Shown: positions 49,201 through 61,941 of the stretch, one piece after another
Layout: the number at the start of each line of letters is the position of its first letter
Numbering within the stretch: position 1 is the stretch's first letter
Source of the DNA: Amphiscolops sp. MND2022
Taxonomy: Eukaryota
Direction of reading: 5' to 3'
DNA length: 64,000 bases
NCBI GenBank assembly: GCA_964187785.1
Contig: OZ076417.1
Location: forward strand, 36,394,001-36,458,000
Made by a program: the position numbers and the translations under genes
The notes under the pieces: model-generated
The model's database searches: none
Seen by the model: the letters and a program-made list of their open reading frames with translations, nothing else
What the model was told of the DNA's origin: nothing

Positions 49201-51909
49201 AAACAACAAACCACGGACCAGCGACACACATAGACGGACTGCCATTGATTGCCTTAACACTGATACGTTAACACGCTTCAAACAAAAGCACTGCCAAAGC
49301 ATCAAATTGACAATGGATGCAAATGCAATAAACGAGATTGAAGCAGCAAATCCAACCGCGGAAACAATTGAATTGACAAACCGCTGGCGAGAAATCGTTA
49401 AACCCGGGATTTATCGATTAACCGGGGGAAAATGGAAGCGCTATCACGAACCAAAATTCTTACGCAATGAAAGAAAAGTGATAGAAGAAAGACTGCAACA
49501 AATTATGAAAAACCACGGAACGGCAGATCTTAGACAAAGAATTAGCCCCAAACAGACGGGAGGCTTCGTACCACCCACCAGACACAGCGAACAATGGACG
49601 GTTGATCCATACTGGGACTTGGACCGTCCCACCCCAGTCCAACACGACAGACCCGGACCATCCCAACAAACTTACATCCAGACAACACCAATGGAGGAAG
49701 GCGAAATAGAAACCGACACCGATCAAGACCCATCAATCTTAGAAGTACCGGCAATAAACTGGGCACGCTATGTCGGAGTAAAGAGCGTCCAATACGTGAA
49801 GATGGGACACGCTCCAAAAATAACCGCCGAAGAACAAAACAACTGGGATTTGGAACAAGCAGTGCGAGAAACGGAGAAAAATTTTTCTACCGATCTACAG
49901 CTGCTTATGACAGAGACGACGAACGACGCCAGCCTACTGAAAACACTAGTATGTCTGGAAAGACAACAACATGAGCTGATACCCGAAGAATATCTACCAG
50001 TCAAAAAGAAATTGTCAAGCAGATTCGGCCTCGTATTCATGGAAGACAAAATCGTAGTCCCAAAGAATCTACGCACCACGGTTATAAGCCTGCTACACAA
50101 AGGACACCCGGCCATCAACAAGATGACCCTAGCAGCCCGACACTTCTGGTGGCCACGGATAACCGAAGCCATTCAGAAAAAGTGCGACTCCTGCATACCA
50201 TGCAAAATGTCTGGTAAGAGCATTAAACCTAACATACCGTATACGGAGAAAAACAATCTACCACCGGTAAGCAATCCGAACGAGGAAATTCAACTGGATT
50301 TCATTGGCCCGATTACAGAAAATAACCGCCGGTTTTATATATTACTATCCATAGACCGATTTAGTAAATGGCCGGCAGCCAGTTTTTGCAAAAATACGGA
50401 CGGAGAAACGGCGGTAAAATTTATCGAACAGTATATCCAACTAAATGGAATACCGAAAACGATCAGAACGGATAAAGCAACCGCTTTCACAGGACGTCTC
50501 TTCCGCGATTTTTGTAAAAAACATTACATCAAACTAATATACGGCACACCGTATATTCATACCCCGACAGGCCTCGTAGAGAGAGGAGTCAGAACACTCA
50601 AAGAAAATCTCTTAACAAACTTAAAAGCCGGAGAACGTTTTGGAAAAGCCCTAGATATAGCTCTAGAAATAATGCGTAAAACACCACACACGAGACTGAA
50701 AAAATCAGCTTTCGAATTACACTACGGTCGAAGCCCAAACACGGAAGTTAGTAACCTACTAAAATTAGACAGTCTGAAGAAACTAACGGAAAATTCCATT
50801 TCAGCAAAACCAGATACCCTACAGGTATACTCATTCAGTGGAGCCGGCGGTGTGTCCGACCAGCTACCAATGAAGCCGAAGAAAAACGATAAAGGAGTTA
50901 GTAACTACCCATTCCTTTTCTTAGAAAAAAACATCAAAAATCAAAATTCGAAAGTGCCTACATGGATAAACCGAACATAGCCGTGTCCGGAACAAAACAC
51001 ACGGTGACAACACCGAACGGAAGAATAGTACATAAAAAATGTGTTAGTAAACCACTTAATAATTTTAACCAGGATTGCAACAACAACAGAGGAACCGGGC
51101 CGAGAGGACCAGATGGCCGGTTCACGAAGTCACCACCCAAAACAAGAAGGACATATATACTGGAGTCAGAAAACGAGTCAGAGCCAACGCCGGACCAAAC
51201 AGACAACACTACGGTCAAAAAGGGTACATTCGGCCGAGGCAAACCAGTACAGAAACGAGAACGGTCGGAGTCAAGCTCACCACACAGCACACCGGGGGGC
51301 ACAAACAAAGACATCGGCCCGCTCACCATAACTACCAACATGACGGACACGGAAATCAACCGTGCCATCAACGACGCGAAACAAGCCAACGAAGAACTTC
51401 TTATTAGAGACGAAAACGGTAAGGCGTTTAATAATAATAACATATTCCCTAACGAGGGGGAAGAGAATAGCCTTGATATAGATTTTGCCAACAACCTGAG
51501 CTCAAGTACTGAACTAGAAACAGATGTTAAACGCGAAGAAAAAAAAGTACGCAGATCGAAAAGACTACCAAAAACTAACCCAATTATCAGATATAATAAC
51601 CCAATATGTCATGATTACAGGAACCACCGTAGAAAGGCTGAACTCGGAAGAAACACCGGGCCAAACCCAAACAGATATGGAAACAAGCAACCAGAACTAA
51701 ACCCAACAGCAGACAACAAACAGACGTCACGGATAAAAGAACACTGTGACAAAAGCCAATGCGAGGATCGGTTATCCGTCCACAAACATACGGACCATTG
51801 GAGGAATCACCGCCATACAGAAGCTACACAAAACCCCATTGGCCAGTCGACAGCCAATAGTGAAGGGGGGAATGTAGTAGAAGACTCAGACTCTTTACAT
51901 ACATGCTAA
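46267..51909 (+). CDS. gag-pol: Element C Gag-Pol polyprotein, split by two single-base changes in A runs
   Basis: Knuckle CAKCGKIGHFAKC, protease IIDSGS, RT WLDD, RNase H TDAS, integrase HKGH...C..C and D-D-E (QLDF, RTDK, VER). Frameshifts are at an A9 run (48562-48570) and an A7 run (~50925-50931). Confidence 0.93.
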
Positions 51910-52063
51910 TTAGTCTGTATTTATATGATTACATACTGTTGTTCTTTTTATCAAGTACCTGCCTATTGTATTCAGATGATGAACTATCATAAAGTCTCAG
52001 AACAAGATAGAATAAAGTTTGAATTGTACATGCTATTCATAGTTATAGAAGAGAGTTACAACA
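51873..52063 (+). repeat. 3' LTR of element C
   Basis: 190/191 identical to 46013-46203 and preceded by the PPT (51860-51872). Confidence 0.97.
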
Positions 52064-53329
52064 TGAATATAAAAAGCGACAGTCGTCGTCCCACTTAAGT
52101 CTCATAGTGTCTCTTTTGAACAGTCTCATAGTGCCGAAAATAATGGAGTTTCATTTGGTGTTGCCAAATATCAAAAATAGAAAGGGGCCCTTTTTGGAAC
52201 CTCATAAAAATTCTCGGAAAAGTCTCACTGTGGCAAAAAATTATCGAAGGGGCACCCTTTAGTCTCGTCCGGTTTTGTGTGTTATGGTAAAAAAAGAATT
52301 GAAAGGAGCAGCTTTGGCACTAATTTACTAACATTTCTCAGGAACTCGTTTTTTGAACAAACAAAACTACATCGCTTTCGAGCCTGTCTTAAAGAAAAAC
52401 AAGAAACATTGACTGTTATAGGGCTCGTTTATTCTAAAACGTCAACTCAATCGTGTTTTCATTTCTTTCCGCATTGATAATTTGTTAAGGACAAACAACA
52501 AAAAAGCAACACACTGTTCGCAAAGAAAAAGAACGTTTATGGAAATAAAAGAGAAGTTATTTAATTGGACGAAACAAAATAATAGTAAATATGACCTTAC
52601 AGTTTTAAAAACCTAAATGGACGAAGAAGGAGCATATTTGCTTCTCGAGTATTCGTTTTCAAGAAGCACGTTTACTCAAATCCGTTTAAAGAACACATGG
52701 AACAAATTTGTAAATAGAAGTTCACTATCTCCAACTTACAAATGACTAAAGTAGGCAATATAGCTTCTCACCTGGGCCGAACTCATTTTTCTACGTTTTA
52801 AAGAAAAAGATCCAGCGATATTTGACCAATTAGATGCTCCAAGGAGCAGAAATTCCAGAGACTTTTTCTTTGTCAACGTTCGGGCGTAAGTCGATTCAAA
52901 GCGCCTTTTGGGCTCCATCGCGTGCAGAGGTTTCTTTTTGTCGTAGTTTATTTTTCAAAGTGTTTGACGGGACCTCAGCCCGAATTTGTTTGAAAAAATT
53001 CCTGAAAACATCAACCATTTAAGCTCAAATACTGTAAGAATTCTGTTTTTAATTGAAAGATCTTTCATTGATTCACAGCGTTTGCAGAGAAACATCGGTC
53101 GTAGAATTCACCTCAGAGCAACCTCAGTTATTTTCCATTTCGTTTTAGCATATGATCCATATGCTAATAATCCGTATCAGATTGTCGCCTCGTGTGGTGT
53201 GTACTTTGATATCCGGTATGCTAATCTTATGTTTACTCAACTTTGTACTCTAGTGCCCTTTTTGTTATGGAGTTCAATTGAATCTTCGCAGCAGTGACTA
53301 CTTTTTGTCCAATTATACGACAAATTGGT

Positions 53330-53720
53330 TTCCACACCAAGCAATGGTTCTTTTCTTGGCTACCTCTAGTTTGAATATTGTCGTCAACGAATCAAAATAT
53401 TCTCAAAGACAGGTAATCAAGTACCAAGCAATCACAATCAGAGGTTTGTCGTTCAATTACTTTGTGAACAATAAACTCAAAAGAATCAAGAGAATATCCT
53501 CAATTAGAGTGTGCCCAAGAACAAAAAGCTCTTTTTTGGCACGGCATAGTTACCAATTGTATTTCTGAGCACATATCGATCAATTTCGAGACGTTTATCG
53601 TGATGCAACTAGTTGATATAATGAGAATATTTAAGCCAAGAATTCCTGCGATTAAGTACTTCCAACGCAAAGGAAGTGAAAACACCTTTTTCACCGGTTG
53701 CGGAACAGTTCGTTTCGCTG
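53330..53720 (-). pseudogene. Possible decayed 7TM (class C GPCR-like TM4-TM6) fragment
   Basis: Hydrophobic runs KYLIAGILGLNILII, DILLILLSLLFTK and LNDKPLIVIAWYLITC, separated by stops and frame changes. The similarity is weak. Confidence 0.25.
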
Positions 53721-54051
53721 CGACAAAGCTTTTTGATTTGTTAATATACCCCTTGAATTTTATTTTTCGTCTTGTAATAGTCTCAGGTGCGAGTTAGATA
53801 ACACATCGTTTTTCAAATTTGATCATCTGAACGATTAGTACAATCAATTTTAATTTTTCACCGGGAAGGGACAGAAAGTTTAGAGTTTTTCAACTCTACT
53901 GTTTTTTGATGGTTTTGATCAAAAATGGAACTTTGTTCTGATGATGTTATATTAGCAGGCAATTTTGCAACAACTGTTAATGATCACCTGTTGTTGTTTG
54001 AATTGCTTTCTTTTCAATCTCGTTGCGAGATATCATATGAACAATAAAACT

Positions 54052-55908
54052 TGTCGCAGGCTGCCTCCTGTGACGGCACTAGGATCACGACAACTACAAA
54101 AGGACAGGAGACAGTTTCCGGCACACTTCCCATTTATTAGCCAAAAGAACAATTAAACAAACTTTTGCACTTTTTTGTTGTTTTGAAGATGTTGCACTTA
54201 TTGACGTTGTTAAGTTTTCTCATTTATATACGTATACGTATTAGTCTGTTAAAGTTATACGATTTGGAAATATCCAGATCGGGTTACTATGTGTTGAAGT
54301 GCAGTTAGAATGTAAATTTATCAGATTGAAAGCTACCTAAATAAAAGCAACTGTAAAGCAGTATGGGAAACGAGTTCAAGTGATGCACAGTGCTAATCCA
54401 AAAGCGTCACTTGAGCTCGCTGTCCTGACCAATCACAACGCTCCAATTTGCAAACTCAATACAACTTTAATATGTTACTGGCCAAGAAAGGCCAATTGAC
54501 TTAATAGGCACACTTCACTTTAAGCCTTGGTCAAACGGCCGGTCCCGCCAAATTATTTGTACTTATGGCTAGCTAAATTAATCAGGAACCTCTCTGGACG
54601 TGTACTCAGTGCTAAATAACACCAGTGTTGATCTTTGTAGACTTAATAAACCGAGTATCAATTGGAAGCCGAATAAGGCCTTTTACCCCTCTTTCTTCGA
54701 TGCTATACTTTTAACTTGGATTTGGCCAATTTCGGCCTTAATAGAGTACGTTTTGTTTCAATGGTGTGATGACTGAGCATGTATTGTTTGATCTTGCTTC
54801 CCCCAGTGCGGATTAATAGTCGCATGGCGGCACGTGTCAGTATGACAGACCAATGGTGCGTGTTTTGCATTTCATCAACACGCAATGAAATTTGTTGACA
54901 ATGAAATGATAATATTTCCATGAATATGTTGTTTGTAGTACCGATATGTTTTCCGATCAAAATGTTGAGTGTTTGATGTTACAGTTATGACATACATGTA
55001 TATGTTAGGAATTCTCCCAATTGGGATTTTGTTGAAATATGCGCTTTGATGCTATTCGATTATATGTGAAATATGTAACTGGAGGTATTTAATAACTTAA
55101 TAACCTTTCAAAACGTTGTACATTACATTCCTCAAGATACTAATCTTAACTAGAAATGTGTGGAAAATGTGAGTGTCATCCACTCAGGAGTATAATAACC
55201 CGTGCTTAGCCTGAGTGGGACACAATTCATTTGAGACGCTACTAGTAAGGATTGATTTACAAACGGCACCGCTGTTGTTTTTCCGAGTTGTTTAATTCAT
55301 TATTTAATTCGGAACTGTCTCGATGCCTACCACTAGAAAACAGAAGAAAGCCAGGAAATCAAGAGGCTTGGAAATCCTCTCAGTTATTGAAAACCTTGAC
55401 ATCATGTTAGGGGCAAATCATTTCAATGGGACTGAAAAGGACGAAAGTCCTTATAGTACCTCAGTTAGGAGACACGAGAGCGTCATGAGTAACAATTTAG
55501 ACGAAGGAGAGGAAGGCCCTAATTCAGACCATAGAAACTCTAACGTCAGGTCAAGTGCCGATTACGGTCAAAACTCAGCAGATATGAACTCTGAAGCTGA
55601 GATCAACAAGTTGTCAAGCGAGTTGAAGTCTAGAATATCTAGGGAAATGGATGAGATGATGAGCAACGTAAGTTCCTAAATCCAAAGGGCCATAAATGAG
55701 GCTATAAACACTCAAGTCTTGCCTCAAATCCAAAATGTTATAATGGCCGGATCGGGACGCGAGACTAGAAGGGGATGGGAAACTTTTGTTGAGAGACCGG
55801 AAATAAACTCCGAAGTTCAGGATAATTCCAACGTGAAAATAAATCCTAGAAATGAACAAAGTGACAGCCACCGTAATGGTGAGTTTACTAACCGAAATGT
55901 TCATGACA
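54052..55908 (+). mobile_element. Solo LTR (1857 bp), element A group
   Basis: TGTCGCAGGCTGCCTCCTGTGACGGCA...AATGTTCATGACA, flanked by AAACT and CAACT (5-bp TSD with one mismatch). Confidence 0.88.
55323..55908 (+). pseudogene. gag: Gag N-terminal segment inside the solo LTR
   Basis: MPTTRKQKKARKSRGLEILSVIENLDIMLG..., one in-frame TAA at 55677-55679, same frame continuing to RNVHD at the LTR end. Confidence 0.88.
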
Positions 55909-56536
55909 CAACTCTTTGAGTTTGGTGTTACTCTTATTGGCTGATAACTACAATTTAGACGGTGTGTGCAGACATCAGAGTTTTTGCGCTCACAGTCATT
56001 CCTCAAGGTGACTAGATTGAAATTACCAAAAAAATCCTTTCTCGATTTGTAGAATTCGAGTAATGCAGTAATTTTTCATACAGCGGGATAAATTCGGCTA
56101 TTCGTAATCTTTCCGGTCGGTAAATAACACATATCAACTTGATATGTGTTCTATACAGACCAGAAAGACTACGACTAAACAAATTTATCCCGATTTATGG
56201 AGACTTTATTTTCTTCGTTGAGTTCAAAGTGTACAAATCGGCATTTCAGGCCTAGCTGAAAGCAGTGCTGCCCAAAAATAATGTGATTGAAAATTATTTG
56301 CAAATAATTGCTAGAAAGTAATTGTTTGCTAGAGTTTGCAATTGAAGTAAATAATTTTTTCCTTCCAATTGATTGCAATTATACTGTTTGTTACATGTAT
56401 ATCATTCAATTGCAACTTGCAAGTGAAACGGCTGCAGCTGATGACGCAATTTGACCTGAAATGAGGCAGTGAGTTTTCTGTTCGATGAAATTGTCAAAGA
56501 ATTTCTCGTCGAGTCACACCGTGGGGCGCGGTCTGA

Positions 56537-56743
56537 GGATCTTTTCTGTTAATTCCCCCCCCCCCACAGTAAGCGCGGAAATTTTAATTCCCCACCACTA
56601 TCAGCGATGAGTTTCAGTTGCAGTTAGAGTTATAGAATACTGCAATTTGATTGGTTGTTACTATTAATTCAATACTTATTTCATTTGACCGCTTAACTGG
56701 GGGGGGGATTAAATTTGTGGGGGGAAATTAACAGAAAAGATCC
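56537..56743. mobile_element. Small MITE-like inverted-repeat element
   Basis: GGATCTTTTCTGTTAATT-C run and G run-AAATTAACAGAAAAGATCC terminal inverted repeats, plus an inner inverted pair. No TSD seen. Confidence 0.6.
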
Positions 56744-56811
56744 AAAAAAGTTTTCAGGATGCATTTATATGATCTGACACATGACTTTAGTTTGAAATTT
56801 TTTTGATGTTT

Positions 56812-57033
56812 TTACTCAATGAGTTGGTAGCCATTCAGGCTGTGTTGATCGTGATCATCGACTTCGGTTGTCCACGTTTCGGTTAGCACTGCAGCATCAG
56901 GTTGAGACCTAAGCGTTTTTAAAAAAGTAGAGAAGTAGTCTTTGTTGTACCTAAGTGATTGAATGTTTAGCCCTAACATCGTATTGTATAATTCCGTCAC
57001 ATTGGTTCTCCTCACGTTTGAGTTTTGATTCAT
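56812..57033 (-). pseudogene. Non-LTR retrotransposon (LINE) APE endonuclease N-terminal fragment
   Basis: LGLNIQSL...PDAAVLTETW...NGY matches the EEP-family N(I)xSL / LxETW / GY pattern of LINE ORF2. Confidence 0.75.
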
Positions 57034-57318
57034 TCTGCATTAGACTGTTCAAGTTGGTAGTTTATTGAATTGAATTGGTGAAAATATAAACACCTAAAAA
57101 ATTTCAAAAGTTTCAATATCAATTTTGAGACCAGATGAGTTTTCCCGGCTCGATATTTTTCAGAGGTTAGTGCAACCTGATTTTTACATTGTATACACTG
57201 GTATACACTAATATAGCATATCACCGTCTTTCGAAATTTCCAATTTTCGAGTTCCAATCTGCTGCTATAAACAATGAAGAGAAGTGATCCTACCATAGTC
57301 CTTTGTGGATCAGCTTAC

Positions 57319-58619
57319 TTGCAAGGTGCAATTGAGTTCATATTGCAACGCAGCTTTTTTCAACACCATTTCTTGAAACTCGAAGTATTCAATTTTCTCT
57401 TGAAGGGGAGAGAGTGAAAACGAAACAGAAGACTTTGATCAAGATTTCCTTTGTTGTTGTCAGGGATGCGATTTTATAGGACATTCGTTTGACAGTTCCG
57501 ACATTCATCTGTGCGATTAATTTTTTATACATCATTTGGAATTAGCTCCCGAGGAATTAGATTTCAAAAGTATTATATATCAAACCGTTTGGTTTTTTTT
57601 CAATATTTTATTTTTTGAGCTTTTTGTTTCAATCTTGATCCAATTGGGATGTTCGGTCGAACTTTATTTCTCATTACTCAGGACGTTTTAGGCGTTCAAT
57701 AATAGATGATGAAGAATCCGATGATACAAATGTCTTAGTTTGAACTTGAAAATTTGATTTAAAAATGAACAAAAATTTCTAATCATGTAAGGTTTGCATT
57801 AAATGTGTTTTTGATTATAATGGACCAGTGACAAATATTTTAAAAAACATCAGTCATCAATGTTTTTAAAATAAATTTACCTCCAAAAATTTAAACTAGA
57901 TTACGGTGAAATACTAACTGAACTATACCAAATATTTTTGAGCATTTTCTCATTTCTCTATTGGTAGAGTGTGCATTCAGTCAGAAAGAAAGCACATTGA
58001 TAACCTTTGATTTTCTCGCAGAGATACTTTTTCGACAATCAAACGTTAGTCAGTAGACGTGACCAACGAGATTGGGAAATTTTTTCACACACACTTTTAA
58101 AACTTTCAGGAATCTTCGTAAATTGATAATTGATAGCTTTTTGAGCAACAGCATAAAAAAGTGGAAATGTTAGTTCACTAATCAATTCGACCTACTTTGT
58201 TTATCGACAGTTTTTTGATAAAATTTGGTTCCGAAAAAGTGGTTGAATATAAAAACAAAAAAAAGTTCTTTATTACTAAAAGTCAAATACTTTCACAGTT
58301 TCAATATTTTTTTCTGAGAAAAAGCTTCCTAGAAAAATTTCTTCCATTTCTTCCGAAAACCTGAAGAAAAACTATCAAAAAATTAGACACTGTGAGACAT
58401 TTTTCTTTTCCCAGTACAATCCACGCTTAAAGTCCGTTGTTTTCTGTACAAGCTTTTTCTTCATTATTTTGTCAATCGCATGAAGAAACATAGTGTACAA
58501 GTTCCTGAATAGTTGGTCTCCAAACTCAACACCTACCGTATGCAATACATCCTCTCCCAAGGGATAGAATCGACCTACCCGGAGATTACGTTTCATCCTC
58601 CCCTCGTCAATGCGGAACC
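57319..58619 (-). CDS. Candidate host gene exons (58619-58425 and 57398-57319)
   Basis: They splice in frame (phase 1) to ...FRIDEGRMKRNLRVGRFYPLG...KTTDFKQKIEYFEFQEMVLKKAALQYELNCTLQ. The second exon has strong sites (CTCTCCCCTTCAAG| and |GTAAGC); the first donor is weak. Confidence 0.4.
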
Positions 58620-59583
58620 CTTTGAACGCACGTGCAGTACGGATGCATGAATAATTCAAAACCTGCCATTTCCTTGCAAGCACATTGCATATGTTCTATG
58701 CATTTCACATGTAAGATGCATCTCTCAGAGTTTCTTTCACAAACGCTGTCCCATGGATAAATGAATTGGATGGAAAGAGTGTACTATGCTGCGATGGTAC
58801 TATACCATGGATGTCTTGCTTCACAATCCTTCGCTCGCTTGATGCCAATTTAGGAGCACAAGAAATAGAAATTTAAATATTTACGTTTCACCTGGAAAGA
58901 GAAGCGTTTTAGCTGGATCGAGTTTGGACAAATATTGATTCCTTACAGGTGGAAAATATTCATCACAGTGAATTATTCAGTGTCCAATGTTGGGAGATTT
59001 CCCAAGAGCCGAGAGCTGAACGAAGTTAATACATTGGCTGCTTGCTTCTCTTCTGTGAAATATCAACTTACTGTTAGTTCAGTTTAGCGTGTACTTGAAA
59101 GCTATTTGCTGATTAGGGTTAAAACAAAACCTCGATATAGTTCATTTTTTAAAAAAAATCAATTTAGAAAATACTACTTTATATTTCGGATAGTGCGCGC
59201 ATTGAAACTCGCGAGAATTGACGATTGAAAAAGTCGATTGAAATTTGATAATTTGATTCGAAACCAAAAACGCCAAAAATCTTTTCGGAGTTTCGTCAAA
59301 ATTTCAATCGGTTAATTGTTTTTTACAGGATTTGCATGCTATTTTTTAATTTAAAAAACATGGGAAAAAAATCGGAAACCATGCATAGAAAAATCTTTCC
59401 AAAGCAGTTAGTAAAAAAGCTCAAAGTATATCCACGCACTTTGATAAAACTTTTTGCTATATATAGTGATGGTTTCTGATCACATCATTAAGGTTTGTAT
59501 ATGAAAAACGATTGCAGATATCGACATAACTTCGGAGAACATTTCAGACGGTTGACCACCTTTAAGGTCAAAGGTCACTCAAG

Positions 59584-61941
59584 ATGACGGTGTTGACCGG
59601 GCACAGTTGTGGGGGCAAAAAGGACACAAAAGAAGCGACAGATGACCTTTACAGTGTCCCCAAAAAAGAGTTCGTGGCTGTGAATGTGAAAGACACAGAG
59701 ACATTGGTGGACAATGAGGTCAATGACAATGAGGAGTTGCCTTTGCCCAAAACTGCGTTTAAACCTAGTAAAGTTAGTACTTTATCAATGTTTTATAACC
59801 TAGTTAGCACAGGAGCGTGTTGTATTCTTGCTTAAAAAGGGTCATCTAGTCAACAATCTATTCGCTGACAACCAAAATAGCAACACGAAAGTATATATAA
59901 TTCATGGGCATTGATAAAAAATTGTTTACATACAACATTCTACCATTTAGTTCAATCATGTTTGCCACCTCTGATTGTTGGTGATGTGAAACAATGGAAA
60001 CAAAATTCAAGAGGTCATCAGTGATCCGACATTTTTTTTGTGATTGAATAGATTAAAATAAAGTTGAAAATATCTGTCTATCTTTCAAAGTATTCTTCAA
60101 AGTTTGAGGGAATTTTGACTGCTCGCTTTGAATATCTATCAAATCCCATCGGTGGACATCAATGTGCAGTTTTCCAATATAAGCTTCGGTTCTTGAACTA
60201 TTCTCGACTGCTGAACCTACAAAATTACCTCTTTTGAACCTACAAACTAATTCTTTTAACATCGAATAAACGTGACGACTAATTTTACGATTGCATTCTT
60301 CTACACCTCTAATATTCTTTTTCCTCTTTGTGATCCCAACTTTTTCCCTCGTCTGCAGACCAAGAAGAAGGTGACGTTCGACCTGCCCATAGACGAGGAG
60401 CGGAGATGGCACGGAATCATCTTCAAAATCATAATCGCCCTCTTCTGCACCCTGGCCGTGGTGTCAGCGGGGAGGTACGCCGTACAGAGATACCAGCTGT
60501 ATCAGTGGGAGAAACAGTTCAGGTTAGAAGAAGGAGATTATATTTATAAAATTAATGAAATATTTATAATATTTCTATAACAAATATTTCTATTTCTGTA
60601 TCTTTCTATATATTTTTTCTTTAGATTTCTGTATTTCTATTTCTTTATAACATTTCTATGTTGGTAGTATTTAATGTTTAACGTGGAAACCTAATTCAAT
60701 TTCAACTAAATAATAACAAAATTGTAACCAGGAAAACGTTTGAAATTTTTATTGTTTTTATCCTACTTTCGACGCATTCCTTCAAAGATCTTGCAGACAA
60801 ATGCATTTTATGCAAAACTCTTGCGACATGCAACCCTTGCGAGGTTTTTTAAACTAATTAGATGGAATATCTTCCAAGGATTCGTGTAAAATTCTTTTAA
60901 AGCATGATAGATTTGAAGGGGCCGACTTTTATTTTCTTCATTACTGTTTCCACTGAAAATATTTTATTGCTCTCGAAAAATAAATTGACTTCTGGAAATA
61001 TTAAGACCCAATAAACATGTAATTAGTCCAGTTGTAATCCAATTTTCAGAACCCAACCTTGTAATTTCAGCTCCTTTCATTCAAGATTTTTCTTTCAAAA
61101 GTTCAGTATATCAAGATTAGTCACGGGGTTATTCGAACACTCAATGGCGCAAAATCTTTCAACTAATTTTTTCCATGTTAGGAAAGCGCACGTGAACGTT
61201 ATGTACCAGATCAAAGACAATGAGTTCGAAAACAACGACCCTCTTCTCAAACACAAACAGCTCCCTAAGGCCATCGTCAAGAATGCTGAGAAGAAACACC
61301 CGGAGACAGACGTACGCAAAAAAAAACATTTCAGAAAACTAAACATCTTGAAAAGTTCAACCCTAAGATTTTACAAAATTCGTAGAATTTTGAACTGCAC
61401 AGAAATTTGTCAAGCAAAATTAGATTTACTTTTTATACCTTTTTCACTCGAGCAGGTGTATTGTACAGAATTGTATTCTCCTAATTTGTTATTTTCAGCT
61501 ACCATTTCTAGATGAAAAACCCCTAGTATGAAAAGACACAATTTGGAAACAAATACAACCCCTTACAAAGTACTTTGATGTATCGCAACAATGTGACATT
61601 TTTCGGCTTTGCGAGATTCTAAAAAAATACTGAAAAACATTTTTCGGGTACAATTCGTAGACTTGCTTTTTGAACCTTAAACATTGCACTGAAATAAGCC
61701 AGTCACGACTCGTTTCTAAAGCACTTGAATAAAAGTTATCGCTCCTCACAATTGAAAGTTAACTCCGGATCCTTGAAAACCTAATTGCGACTTCTGTCCG
61801 AGGAGGTGGGGTTGTTGGGAGACATGGCAGTGGGTAACATCGAAGAGTGGTTCTCTGTGGGTCCCCAGAAGTGGAGACTCGACAGCGGAGAGGGGGACAA
61901 AAACTACTCCATTCTCACTGATGCCGTTACCAACTACACAG
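59584..61941 (+). CDS. Host gene for a membrane protein with one N-proximal TM helix (partial model)
   Basis: Exons 59584-59772 and 60359-60522 splice in frame (TKKKVTFDLPIDEERRWHGIIFKIIIALFCTLAVVSAGRYAVQRYQLY). Further coding-like exons at 61210-61311 and ~61804-61941 have strong C/G third-position bias. The phase between exons 2 and 3 does not match, so an exon is missing or misplaced. Confidence 0.55.

Larger units (their letters stand above)
46013..52063 (+). mobile_element. Ty3/Gypsy LTR retrotransposon C, full length, very young
   Basis: 191-bp LTRs differing at one base, perfect TSD TGAAT (46008-46012 and 52064-52068), PBS TGGCGCAGTCAGC, PPT GTGAAGGGGGGAA. Confidence 0.97.
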
